From: Lama glama
Taxonomy: Eukaryota
DNA: 64,000 nucleotides
Assembly: GCA_028534125.1 (NCBI GenBank)
Contig: CM052816.1
Coordinates: 13,394,001 to 13,458,000 of the forward strand
Reading direction: 5' to 3'
The notes under the pieces were generated by a model, which saw only the letters and a list, made by a program, of their open reading frames with translations, made no database searches and was not told the origin of the DNA. Numbering within the stretch: position 1 is the first letter of the stretch; the number at the start of each line of letters is the position of its first letter. Below are positions 63,006-64,000 of the stretch, piece by piece. Both the position numbers and the translations under genes were made by a program.

Positions 63006-64000
63006 TTCCTCACAGGTGCAATTCCTGTAAGGAGATATCTACTCTGTGGCAAGAACCTGGAAAGGTAAGGTCATATCCAACCTGGACGGGTGTCACAATA
63101 AACCCAAAGTGCACAACGTGAAACTGACAAATGAATGGTGTCCGCAGTGATATAAACAGCCAACGGGCAACATCTGAACCCAGTTCCAGTTGAGGGGACA
63201 AAAGAATCTTGAGTCTGCATTATTTATGTTAAGAGGAAGGATCTGAGCCAGTCAAAAATGTTGAGCAAGCTCTGCGGACTCCAAGCTGTGGTGCACGTTC
63301 CACAGGTGGGACATGCGACAATTCTATGGTCAGACATGGATGATTATTCTTTATCTTAACAGTTACGTATTTATTTTAATGCATATGAGAGAATAATACG
63401 ATGAGACAATAAAACTCACGTTTTAAAAATTTTACTGAATAGGATGAGGCCGTGGAAAGAAGTGAGCTGCTTTTACGTGAGCTGATTTCCAGAAATACAT
63501 TAAACAAACAACAGTGCATGAGTTTCGTGGTTGTGGCCCCAAGACTGAATGAAGACTTGTTACGTAAATGATTCAAGCTTGGGAAGTACTGAGCTAGGTA
63601 TGGAAAGAGGCCTTGATCTGAGAGACATCATTCTATGGAAATACACCATTTTCTTTCCCCCCACAAATTACCTGTAGAAGCTTTACTTATACTTTAATTC
63701 CAAAGAGTAAACTCAGCTTACTGCTTTGATAAAGAAGTCTTCTATCTTGGTCCACAGACTAGACAAAGGGGAGGGTTAAGTGGGGGAAACACAGTGTCAC
63801 CCGTTCCTGCCACAGAAGCAGTGGCTGCCTTGCAACCTAGCAGAGGCCAGTGCTGGCAGAAGCTTCCAGCTGCTGGCCGGTCCTCCTCACGGCATCCACT
63901 CACCCATCCCTTCTATGGTGCTTTCCAGGCCAGCTTGGGTATCATTCTAATTTCCCAGGAAAAAAAGAGGGCTTGCAACATAAACTCTTACGAAGTCTAT

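Larger units (their letters stand above)
1..64000 (-). other. ARHGAP26: Interior of the ARHGAP26 (GRAF1) gene body; mostly intron, including a ~50.1-kb intron at 2642-52744
   Basis: Two minus-strand exons with canonical AG/GT ends splice in matching phase (CT|C = Leu) to give ...KPTRPNSL-PPNPSPTSPLSPSW..., which I recognise as the GRAF1 linker between the RhoGAP and SH3 domains. The neighbouring exons are not in the window. Confidence 0.95.

Noticed and set aside
1..64000. Prokaryote-type systems (CRISPR arrays, operons, IS elements) or foreign inserts
   Set aside because: No regularly spaced repeats, dense coding blocks or compositional breaks; the sequence looks like ordinary mammalian intron throughout.

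Overview
Mammalian genomic DNA, most likely from a camelid (alpaca/vicuna/camel), judged from four tRNA-derived SINEs of the Vic-1 type. The whole window lies inside ARHGAP26 (GRAF1; BAR-PH-RhoGAP-SH3), transcribed on the minus strand. Two coding exons are visible. The first is a 154-nt Ser/Asn-rich exon (52745-52898). After a ~50.1-kb intron comes the Pro/Ser-rich exon starting at 2641, which has two in-frame 5' splice sites (exon ends at 2531 and 2366) that add or omit a 55-aa hydrophobic segment. The rest is intron: L1, L2, MIR, MLT/ERVL LTR fragments, MER5/MER58/MER82/Tigger1 DNA transposons, microsatellites and a 500-N assembly gap. I see no convincing novel biological system. The best leads are a candidate poison exon (8822-8906), GCAUG motifs plus a hairpin behind the alternative donor, a CTCF-like motif in a CpG-rich patch, and several retroposition events with clean target-site duplications. 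Repeat family names come from recalled consensus sequences, and repeat boundaries are approximate.
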